The notes under the pieces were generated by a model. The model was not told the DNA's origin. It was given only the letters and a program-made list of their open reading frames with translations, and did not search any database. Positions 53,394 through 64,000 of a stretch of 64,000 nucleotides of DNA are shown one piece after another. The stretch lies in assembly GCF_009914755.1 (NCBI RefSeq), contig NC_060938.1; one strand, written 5' to 3'. How positions within the stretch are numbered: the stretch's first letter is position 1; every line of letters starts with the position of its first letter. Position numbers and translations under genes: made by a program. The DNA is from the human T2T-CHM13v2.0 reference genome, Homo sapiens.

Positions 53394-55389
53394 TGACTAG
53401 ACGCTTCCTAGGGTGGCCCTGGACTTTGCACCAGAGGAAGAGGTACAAGCTTTGCATCCCTAAACTGCTGCTTTCTCCCAAGTTAGACCTTGTGCAAAGG
53501 AAAGGGGGATGAGACTGTCCTCTATGGGCTTTCAGCTATGTGTCAGAGTTTTCCTGCATCTTATTTAATTCTTACAATAACTCTGTAGGCAAGTCTTGTC
53601 ACCACATTTTTGCATATGTGAGAGTCAGAAAATTTGTTTAATTTGTCAAAGTCATAAGTGTTTCTCTCTGGATCCCTGGCTTCTTCTGCCAAACCCCCTT
53701 TCCAGTTTCCAGAGACTGCTGGACTTCTCTTTCATTTACAAATGAATGTATCTCTGAGGGAGTGTATTGGACTGCTGGGAATTACAGTGTGGTTTGGATA
53801 ACATTAAGCTCTTCCCCACCTCTGGCTTGGCTTTGGTGATTCTCAAACATAAAACTAAAAACAACTTAGCTCAGGATCTGTGTTATTCTAATGCCTTTCT
53901 GTAACTAGGCTAAGGATCTTATTAATTAGCAAAGATCTTCTTACTTCAGGGTTTCACACCTGAAGCCTATTAGCTGCCCAGGCTCTCTGTGTATAAAAAT
54001 AAAGTAGCGCCTATTCACTCTTTCCTAAATGACTCCTGGGATTTCTCATCCCCTGTTTCTATAAGCAAAAACTACCAAAAATTTATTCTCAAAGACCCTG
54101 ATAGCTCCTTTAATAAGTAAAAAAAAAAAAAAAATAGAATTTTGAAATTATCTAGGAAGCTAAAAGAAGCAAAATTATGTTACCCTCTTCTCTGTATAGA
54201 TACTACATCTATACAAACTATACTTGAGTTCATATTAATTCTAAATAATGCCACTGTAACATCTATTTTTAAAAAGGCCAAATTATTTAACAAAACTTAA
54301 TCTTACGGAAAATTACATTTAAATACAAACAATTTACAATTCTTGTCACCAGAAGAGGAATTCAGTTATTTGATCCTTTTGAAAATTTCTGCCCATAAAC
54401 ATGATGAAGCCAGTAAACTGCTAAAATGATCTAGAAAAAGCTGCTGGACATACTCTAAGTTACTTGATAGGAAAAAAAAAAAAAAAAACCTAGAATAAGA
54501 TGTGTACATCATTACCAAACAAAATCAGAAAATTCACTTCCACAAAATTTTTGAACCTCAATAAGCAATGCCTCTAATTATCTAAGCATGTTTGGACTAT
54601 TTGGAAAGACTATTTTACCAAAAAATGAGGTAAAACCTTGATTGGTTATAGTTAAAATGAAACCTAAGTTTTCCTTCTCCAAGATATCCTGAATAAGATT
54701 CACAATAAATAAGTTCAGTAGTTAGATGTTTTTATTTGGTAGAAATAATCTGCTTTACTTATTTAGCTTGATGAAAACCCTAAAGTGCTTTTAAGTCCAG
54801 TTTATATTTCTATATTATTTTAGAGAAAATATGTTGTTAATGACCTCTTGGTGACAAACTCTCAGCACTTATGGAAATAAAGAGGAAGTAAGAGTAGTCT
54901 GTGGTCACTCTGATTTTCATAAAACAAACTTTCTTTGTCTGAATTGGGCAACTAATGTATCAGAGGAGAAATATCTTTCTACATATAAATGTGTTGCTTT
55001 AAAAATTGGTATTCTTGTATTTCTTAGTTTCCGTTGTCAATTTTTGTTAACTTGATTTTCAGTCCAATTGGGAAGAAAGTAGAGGTAGGGATAATAACAC
55101 CAGAGACAGTCCAATAAACACCAGTATATTAAGAGATTATGAATGACTATACCATTGTACTTATTCACTTACTCAATTTATATTTATCAAGAACCTAGTT
55201 TTGCCAGGCATGTGGATAAGGGCTGGGGATGAAAAAGTAAATAAGACAGAGAAGTTACTATTTGCCTGAATCTTATGTTTCAGTAGTATGAAACATAAAT
55301 AAATAAATAAATAAATAAATATCTAGGTGATTTTGTCTAGTGCTACTTTCCATGAAGATAGACAGGATGGTGAGCTGAGGATATCTTTT

Positions 55390-55395
55390 GAGTGA

Positions 55396-55431
<36 letters not shown>

Positions 55432-55432
55432 T

Positions 55433-55463
<31 letters not shown>

Positions 55464-55486
55464 AATGGAGAGAGAGAGAGAGAGGG

Positions 55487-55517
<31 letters not shown>
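55390..55517. repeat. Compound (TG)n/(GA)n microsatellite
   Basis: Three TG runs alternating with GA runs; (AAAT)n nearby at 55295-55320. Confidence 0.97.
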
Positions 55518-55563
55518 AACATTTATGCAGAGAGTAAACCACTTGCTTTCTTGATTTACTTGG

Positions 55564-55921
55564 TACTATGGTTTGATCATGTGTCTTCAAGCATGTGTTA
55601 GAAAATTAATCCCCAATGCAACAGTGTTGGGAGGTGAGGCCTAATGGGAAGCGATTCAGCTATGAGAGCAGAGAAAATGAATAGATTAATGCTGTTATCC
55701 CCAGAGTGGGTGTGCAACATAGGGCAAGTCCTATCCCCTTCTATTTCCCCTCATTCTCTCTCTCACCTTCTGAAATGGGATGACAGACATAGAAAACTTG
55801 TGCCAGATGCTTGCACCTTGATATCAGACCTCCCAGCCTCCACAACTGTGAAAAATATATTATTTTCTTTATAAATTACCAAGTATCTGAAATTCTGTTT
55901 TAGCAGTACAAAATTAAGGCA
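55564..55921 (+). mobile_element. MSTD-like MaLR solo LTR
   Basis: tactatggtttg...aatccccaatgcaacagtgttgggaggtg...ctcccagcctccacaactgtga. Confidence 0.8.
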
Positions 55922-56494
55922 TTTGGCTAAGTGGCCTCATACTCAAAGATCTTTGAAGTTTCTTCATTCCCTAAAATCATATGTTTCCTCCACATTCTCA
56001 TATGGCTATTTGAGTTTAAAATAAGCACAGTATCCAACATCAGGGAACCTTTGTTTAGACCATGGAAGTGAAGTCACTGCCACATAGTAGCTTGCCCACA
56101 AAAAAAAAAAAAAAAAAAAAAAGAAAAGAAAAAAAGAATTCACATCAGCCATCCCTACCTTAGTTTGCAGAGAAATAAACAGGATCCAAACCCTAACTAT
56201 GTTTGTTAATCGAACCCTAACTATGTTTGCCAGGAACCTTGAAGGATGTTGAAAAGGAGAAAGGAAAGTAGAATCAGTCAATCATTAATCAATCAGTAAG
56301 CAAATGTGCATAGAGTTCCTACTGTGTACCAGACATAGAACCTGAGCTTTAGAAGTGAAGTTTTATGGGGTTTCTAGACCAGGAAAATTTATAGCCCTGG
56401 AGGTGCCTATGAATCTTTATGAACTTATGGCCACTGGAAAAGGAGAAGTGAATGTGAGAATGTGGACACTATAAAATTAATATAATGCTTTGGG

Positions 56495-59400
56495 GTTTTT
56501 TTTAATTTCAATTTTTAGTTTAGATTCAGGGGACACGTGTAGGTTTGTTAGATGGATATGTTGTGTCATGCTGAGCTTTGGGAAACAAATGATCCCCTCA
56601 CCCAGGTAGTGAGTATAATATTCAAGTAAGTTTTTCAACCTTTTTCTGCCTCCCTTCCTCTCTTCTCTAATAGTCTCCAGTGTCTATTGTTGCGAACAAT
56701 ATGTCCAGATGTTTAGCTCCTAGTTACAAGGGAGAACATGTAGTATTTGGTTTTCTGTTTCTGCTTTAATTTGCTTAGGATCTTGGCCTCCAGCTGCATC
56801 CATATTGCTGCAAAGGACTTGATTTTATTATTTTTTCATGGCTATGTAGTGTTCCATGGTGTATACGTACCACATTTTCTTTATCCAACCCACTGTTGAT
56901 AGGCATCTAGGTTGATTTCCTGTCTTTGCTACCGTGAATAGTGCTGGGATGAACATATAAGTATATTTTTTTTGGTAGAAGATTTATTTTATTTTGGGTG
57001 TATACCCAAGGTTGAGATTATTGGGTCAAATGGTGGCTGTTTTAAGTTCTCTGAGAAATCTCAAAAGTGCTTTTCATAGTGGCTGAACTAATTTACAGTC
57101 CAACCAAGAGTGTATAAGCATTCCTTTTACTCTGCAGCCTCACTAGCATCTGTCCTTTTTTTTTTTTTTACTTTTTAGTAATAGCCATTCTGACAGCTGT
57201 GAGATGGTTATCTCATTGTGGTTTTAATTTGCATTTCTCTGATGATTAGTAATTTTGAGCATTTTTTTTCATGTGTTTGTTGGTAGCTTGTATGTTTTCT
57301 TTTGAGAATTGTCTTTTCATGTTTTTGCCCACTTTTAACAGGGTTGTTTTTTGCTTGTTAAATTGTTTAAGTGCTTCACAGGTTCTGGATAGTAGACCTC
57401 TATCAGATGCATAGTTTACAAATATTTTCTCTCTTCCTGTAGGTTGCCTGCTTACTCTGTTGTTAGTTTCCTTTGCTGTCCAGAAGCTTAGGTTAAATTT
57501 ATCTGTTTTAGCTTTCGTTTCAATTGCTTTTGAGTACTTAGTCATACATTCTTTCCCAAGGCCTATGTCCACAATGGTTTTCCTGGGTTATCTACCAAGG
57601 TTTTTATAATTTTAGGTTTTACATTTAAATCTTTAATCCCTCTTGAGTTGATTTTGTATATGGTGTAAGGAAGGGGTCAAGTTTTATTCTTCTGCATTTG
57701 GCTAGCCAGCTAACGCAGCACAATTTATTGAACAGGGAGTCATTTCCCCATTGCTTATTTATGTTGACTTTGCCAAAGATCAGATGGCTGTAGGTGTGCA
57801 GCATTATTTCTGGGTTCTCTGTTCTGTTTCATTGGTCTATGTGTCTGTTTTTGTATTAGTACCATGCTGTTTTGGGTTATTGTAGACTTATGATATAGTT
57901 TAAAGTCAGGTAATGTGATGGTGATGCCTCCAGCTTTTTATTTTTATTTTTCCACTTAGGACTGCTTTGGCGATTCAAGCTCTTTTTTGTTATTTTTCAG
58001 TTCTGTGTGAATTTTAGTCTATTTTTTTCTAATTTGTGAACAATGATATTGATTGTTTGATAGAAATTGCGTTGACTCTGTAGATAGCTTTGGGCAGTGT
58101 GGCAAGCTTAACAATACTGATTCTTCCAGTCTATGAACATGGGATATTTTTCCACTTGTTTGTCTCATCTATGATTTCTTTTAGCAGTGTTTTGTATTCT
58201 CCTGGTAGATATCTTTCATCTCCTTTGTTAGATGTATTCCTAGGTATTTTTTGGGGGTGTGGCTATTGTAAATGGGACTGTTTTCTTGATTTGGTTTTCA
58301 CGTTGAACATTATTGGTGTATAGAAATGCTACGAAGTTTTGTATGTTGATTTTGTATTCTGGAAGTTTACTGAAGTCACTTATCAGTTCTAGGAGCTTTT
58401 TGGCAGTCTTTAGGGTGTCTTAGGTGTAGCGTCAAATGATCAGTGAAGAGAGATAGTCTTATTTCTTCTATACCTGTTTTGGATACCTTTAATTTATTTC
58501 TCTTACCTGATTGCTCTGGCTAGAACTTCCAGTACTGTGTTGAATAGGAGTGGTAAGAGTGGGCATCCCTGTCTTGTTCCAGTTCTCAAAAGGAAATACT
58601 TCCAGCTTTTGCCCATTCATTATGGTGTTGGCTTTGGTTTGTCGTAGTTGCTCTTATTTTTACATATTTTCCTTTGATGCCTAGCTTCTAAATGGTTTTT
58701 ATCATGAACGGATAGTTAATTTTATCACAGGATTTTTTCACATCTATTGATATAATTACATAATTGTTGGTTTTAATTCTGTTTATGTGGTGAATCACAT
58801 TATTGATTTGCATATGTTGGACCAAACCTGCATCACAGGATTGGAGACTACTTTATCATGGTGAATTACATTTTGATGTGCTGCTGGATTCAGTTTGCTA
58901 ATACTTTTTTGAGGATATTTTCATCATTTTCATCAGGTTATTGGCCTGTAGTTTTTGTTTTTGTTGTTGTTTAGATGTATCTTTGCCAGGTTTTGGTGTC
59001 AGGATAATGCTGCTTTCATAGAATGGGTTTGGGAGGAAACCGTTCTCCTCAATTTTTTGGAATAATTTTAGTAGAATTGGTACCAGTTCTTTTTTGTCTG
59101 GTAAAATTTGGCTGTGAATCAATCTCCACTGGGGCTTTTTTTGGTTGGTAGGATTTTTATTACTGATTCAATTTTCGGAACTTGGTACTGGTTTGTTTAA
59201 AGTTTTGATTTCTTTCTGATTCATTCTTGGGATGTCGTGTATTTCCAGGAATTAATCCATTTTCTCTAGATTTTCCAGTTTGTGTGCATAGAGGTTTTCA
59301 TAATCCTCTCTTAGGATCTTTTGCATTTCTGTGGGATTGATAGTATTGTTACCTTTGTTGTTTCTAATTGTGGTTATTTGGATCTTCTCTCTTTCTTTCT

Positions 59401-62400
59401 TTGTTAATCTGGGTATCTAGCTACTGATCTTGTTTATTTTTTCCAAAAACTGACTTCAGGTTTCATTATTCTTTGTATGAATTTTGGGGTCTCAATTTCA
59501 CTCAGTTCTGCTCTAAGTTTTGTTATTTATTTTCTTCTGCTAGCTTTGGAGTTAGTTCATTCTTTTTTTTTTTTTTCTCGTTCTTCTAGGTATTATGATA
59601 GATCATTAATTTGAGATTTTTCTAACTTTTTGACATCTCCATTTCATGCATAAGCTTTTCTCTTAATGCTGCTTTTGCTGCATCCCAGAGATTGTGGTAT
59701 GTTGTGTCTTTGTTTTCATTTATTTCACAGATATTTTTGATTTCTGCCTTAATTTTATTGTTTACCCAAAAGTCAGTTAGAAGCATGTTGTTTAATTTCC
59801 ATGTAATTGTGTGGTTTTGGGAGAGATTCTTGGTGTTGATTTCTGCTTTTATTCTATTTTATTCTAAAAGTATGGTTGGTATAATTTTGCTCTTTAAAAA
59901 AATCATTGAGAGTTGCTTTATGGTTGCGTATGTGGTTATTATTACAGTATGTTCCATGTGCAGATAAGAAGAAGGTATATTCTGTGCTTGTTGCGTGCAG
60001 TATCCTGTAAATATCTATTAGATCCAATTGGTCAAATGTGACATTTAAGTCCAGAATTTGTCTGTTACTTGTCTGCCTCAATGACCTGTCTAACACTATC
60101 AGTGAGGTATTGAAGCCCTCAGCTATTACTGTGTCATTAATTCTTTTTGTAGGTCTAGATGTAGTTATGTTGCAAATCTGGGGGCTCCAATGTTGGGTGC
60201 ATTTATTTGTAGGTGACTTAAGTTTTCTTGTTAAATCAAATTCTTCATCATTATGGAATGCTTTTCTTTGTCCTTTTTCATTGTTGTTGATTTAAGTGTT
60301 TTTTAATGATATAAGACTAGTGACCCCTACTCTTTTTTGTTTTCCATATGGGTGGTAGATATTTCTTCAGCCCCTTTCTTTGAGCCTACGTGGCTTATGT
60401 GCGAGATTGGTCTCTTGAATACAGCAGATGGAGTTTTTAAATCCATCTTGCAATTCTATGTCTTTTAGATGAGGAATTTAGACCTGTTATATTACGTTAA
60501 TATTGATATGTTCTTTCATTTTCATGTTTAGAATTCCTTTAAGAATCTCTTGTAAGGCTGATCTAGTGGTAACAAATTCCCTTAGCACTTGCTTGACTAG
60601 AAAATATTTATTTCTTTTTCACTTATGAATCTTAGTTTGGTGGGCTATGAAATTTCTTGGTTGGAATGTCTTTTCTTTAAAAATGCTCAAAATAGACCCC
60701 CAATCTCTTCTGGCTTATAAAGTATCTGATGAGAAATCTGTTGTTAGCCTGATGGGGTTTCCTTTGTATGTAATCTGATATTTTCTTCTAGCTGCCTTTA
60801 AGACTTTTTTCTTTGGCATTGACCTTGAACCATCTGGTGACTATATACCTTGATGATGTTCGTTTTGTATCTCATAGGTGTCCTCTAGGTTTCCTGTATC
60901 TGGATGTCTACCTCTCTAGCAAGATTAAGGAAGTTTTCTTGATTTATTTCTTTGAATATGTTTTCCAGGTTGCTTACTTTTTTTCCTTCCCTCTCATGAG
61001 TATCAATAATTTATAAATTTGGTTGCTTTACATAATCCTTTATTTCTCAAGGACCTTGTTCATTTTGAAAAATTGTTTTTCTTTATTTTTGTCTGACTGG
61101 ATTAGTTTGAAAGACTGGCTTCAAGCACTGAATGTTTTTCTTCTGTTTGGTCCATTCTATTGATAAAACTTTCAACTGTATTTTGAAATTTCTTATGTGA
61201 GTTTTTCAATTTCAGAATCTCTGATTGATATGTTTCTAGAATGTTTATGTTTTCCTTTATTTCCTCGATTGATTGAGAAGCTTCTTTGTGTTGATTTTTA
61301 GCCTTATCTTGGATCTCATTGAGCTTCCTTGTATTCCATGCCTTGAATTATTTTGTCTGTCATTTCTGAGTTTTGATTTTGGTTAGAGACCATTGCTGGA
61401 GATTGAGTATAGTCCTTTGGCGGTGTCACTACATTCAGATTTTTCATGATGCCGGAATTCTTGTGCTAGTTCCTTCTTACATGAAGGTGCCAACACTAAC
61501 TTTTGTAATTATTTTAATGTGGGTAGAATTTTTTTTCTTTTTCTCTGTAATACCATTGTGTGTGTTTTTTTCCTTTCCCTTCCCCTTTCTCCCCATTCCC
61601 AGGGGGTGTGAATGTGGGGAATGTTGCATAGAGTCTTTCAGCTTTGTTTCTGTAGCCCTGTGGATATGTTTTAGCTGGTTTGACCTACCTGCTGGGTTAT
61701 GCAGTTTGACCTACAAGCCAGTAGATAACACTTATGGGTAAGGTCTGACTGTGGCCAATGTGGCCGGGTATACCTTTGATCCTTGTTTACTGGGAGAAGC
61801 TCTTTATTGTCTCAGGTAATGGGCTGAACCATGGAGTGCACAGTGGTCTGAGCTCCCTGCTCATCCCTGACAGGTGGGAGGGTCAGAGGGAAAGTTATAC
61901 AGGACCAGCCTGAGGAGACTAACCTATAGGTCCCTTGATGGCAGGCAAAAGCCCTAGCCACTAAGGGAGAATCCAGTGGGAAATCAGTTGTCCAGAGGTG
62001 TGCCTAGGCATGGAACTGCGAAACTTCCTTGACTGCAAATTCTCTGCATGGGGGAAGTGGGTGGCCTAAACTCCTAATTCAGTGGGGTGGGTGCTCCAGA
62101 TGCCTGGAGATCTACATAGGGATGAACTACAGAGGGCCCACTGTACCACAATCTGCATAGGAAGGGTAGGGTGGCAAAGGCTGCTAATCTAGGAGAATAG
62201 TGCTTTAAATGCCTGGAGATCTGCCTGGGCATGGAGCAGAGAGGGCTCTGTTGCATCACAATCTCTGCTCAGGAAGAGTGGGGCAGTTCAGGCTGCTGGA
62301 CCAGATAAGCAAGTGCTTTGAATGCCTGGAGATCTGCCTGAGTGTAGAGCAAAAAGGGCGCTTTTCCACCACTATCTATGCACAGGCTAGAGTGGGATTG

Positions 62401-62420
62401 CTCAATTTGATTATCCAGTT
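56495..62420 (-). mobile_element. Near full-length L1PA16-like LINE (degenerate)
   Basis: 3'UTR tttagattcagggg...atgatcccctcacccaggtagtgag; antisense ORF2 peptides ([32 protein letters not shown]); GC-rich 5'UTR with ~110-bp repeats. Confidence 0.92.
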
Positions 62421-62552
62421 TGTAGTTGTATGCTACCCCCACCCACCCACACACACTCAGGCTCTCGTACCCATATATGCCTGCATTTACACATACATGA
62501 GAATCAGAACTACTTTTCCTACATTTTTACCTCTTTAGGCATAAATTTTAAG

Positions 62553-62746
62553 CAGTAGTGCACTGAATACTGCTCCTACTAGTGCATAATTACTATAGTT
62601 TCACAAATTTTTAAAGGTGTTTTGCATCACGTTGACAGGTTGAAATTGGTCATGGTAGGATTATTTACAGATGGCTAATCAACAAATGGTACAATTCACA
62701 GCTTGTCCTCCAGGTAGGCAGTTAAGCTTTTACCAGCATATCATTA
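62553..62746 (+). mobile_element. MER63A-like hAT-Blackjack MITE
   Basis: cagtagtgcactg...ttgaaattggtcatggtaggattatttaca...ttaccagcatatcatta. Confidence 0.7.
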
Positions 62747-62802
62747 GACTCTAAGCATCAGGAAGGGTCTCTCCTTCTTTCCTTTAGCACTTGTAATACT
62801 TA

Positions 62803-63009
62803 TCATGACATCAAGCAGCACACAAAAAAGCAGTATTTAGGGAGTATTTAGAGAGTGACCACTATTTAGGTTATATTAAGTAACTTAAATTAAGTAACCC
62901 ATATTAAGGTAGTGTTTAGGGAGTAACCACTATTTAGCAGTAGTTAGGGATTGGTTGCTCCCTAAATACTTCTTAAATAATGCTTTTTTTGTGCTGCTTG
63001 ATGCCATGA
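62803..63009. repeat. 207-bp imperfect inverted repeat (58-59 bp arms)
   Basis: Arms 62803-62861 and 62952-63009 differ by 7 mismatches and 1 gap by manual alignment. Confidence 0.9.
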
Positions 63010-64000
63010 GTTTAGCCTAGATAGATAAATAAATTTGTGGAAAGGAAAGACACTTTCTGCTTTGCACTGAGGCACCAGTTTCTTTAAGAGTTCCCAAGAG
63101 AAGGTAGGCCCTTTAAAGTTTTTCCAGAGGGGTTGACCCTCTTGGACTGGTCTCTGGCTGATTTCCTAGGACACTGCCTGCTGCTTCATGCTCAGCACTC
63201 CCTGCTGACATCTGGGGAACCGAGTTGGCAGCACACATGCTAAATGTAGGCCAGAAGCCTACAAGGTGCATAACTATCCTGCTGATGCTGTTTCCTCAAC
63301 TCAGAACGGTTTTCACGCATTTTCGTATATTAGGTGTATTGGACAGCATGCACCTCGTGCCCTAGTTGGATGGAGGTTTTTAAACAATGTGCTATTGGAT
63401 TGGTGGCTTCTCTACTATAATTCCTTAAGGAATTTTACTTAGCTACATTCACATTTTAATCCTACCCTTAGAGTTCTATCTTAAGTGACACCTGGCATCT
63501 TTTTCTTTCTCATTCTGTTAGCTATAATAATTCCAATGTTTAACGTCGGGTCTATTAATATATTTCCCAGGATTGTTTTGGAGTTCAGGGAAACAGATTA
63601 TGTCCCAATGTCAGCACTTTTTCAAGATGTGACTTTGGGGAAATAATTAAATCCTGCTGTCTGTGAAATGGGTGTCAAGATTTCTTTCCAAAAGGCCTCT
63701 TGAGGAAATTGTGCAAATAAGTAAGACCATGTGAGATGTTTTATACTTCATGAATAATATATTGCATACATGGAAATACAAAAATGCCATTTCGAGATTT
63801 ATGCAAAGTTCTTTTTTCCCTCGTAGTTTCTTCTCTACTTGGATATTCCAATGCATCTTGCTGCCTCTCTTGACCACTCCTATGTTAAGCCATTTGCTGC
63901 TCTCATGCAAGTTGAGATTACTGTTCTGCCACTTAGTGTTGCTTTGAACATTGATCTTTTCAAATCTATTGACCTTGTTTCAGTATTGTACTGAAATTAT

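Noticed and set aside
62803-62951. CRISPR-like or telomeric array (TTAGGG-containing short repeats)
   Set aside because: Eukaryotic context, no regular repeat-spacer period, and only isolated TTAGGG hexamers

Overview
AT-rich primate (human/great-ape-like) genomic DNA, intergenic or deep-intronic, dominated by transposon relics. It has no intact protein-coding gene, tRNA, rRNA, CRISPR array or CpG island. The ORF-track entries are fragments of L1, Alu, LTR or Hsmar1 elements, or chance ORFs. Main content: (i) a 3'-truncated Hsmar1 mariner with a dead transposase (7.5-8.6 kb); (ii) a ~17 kb nest in which a near-full-length old L1 (L1MB-like) hosts a near-full-length L1MA-like element, which in turn hosts an MLT2A LTR, an AluS and an L1PA8-like fragment; (iii) a near-full-length minus-strand L1PA16-like element (56.5-62.4 kb); (iv) seven Alus, several MaLR/ERVL solo LTRs, DNA-transposon MITEs (MER2 x2, MER58A, MER45A, MER63A, half MADE1), and MIR/L2 relics. 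The structures standard repeats do not explain are an 84-nt pre-miRNA-like inverted duplication inside an LTR47-like LTR (51282-51365), a 207-bp complex palindrome with a mosaic spacer (62803-63009), a 14-nt microexon candidate behind a ~110-nt AG-free tract (4396-4409), and several small duplication or templated-insertion scars. I found no convincing new multi-gene system. Subfamily names come from my recall of consensus sequences and need RepeatMasker/Dfam confirmation; boundaries of old repeats are approximate.
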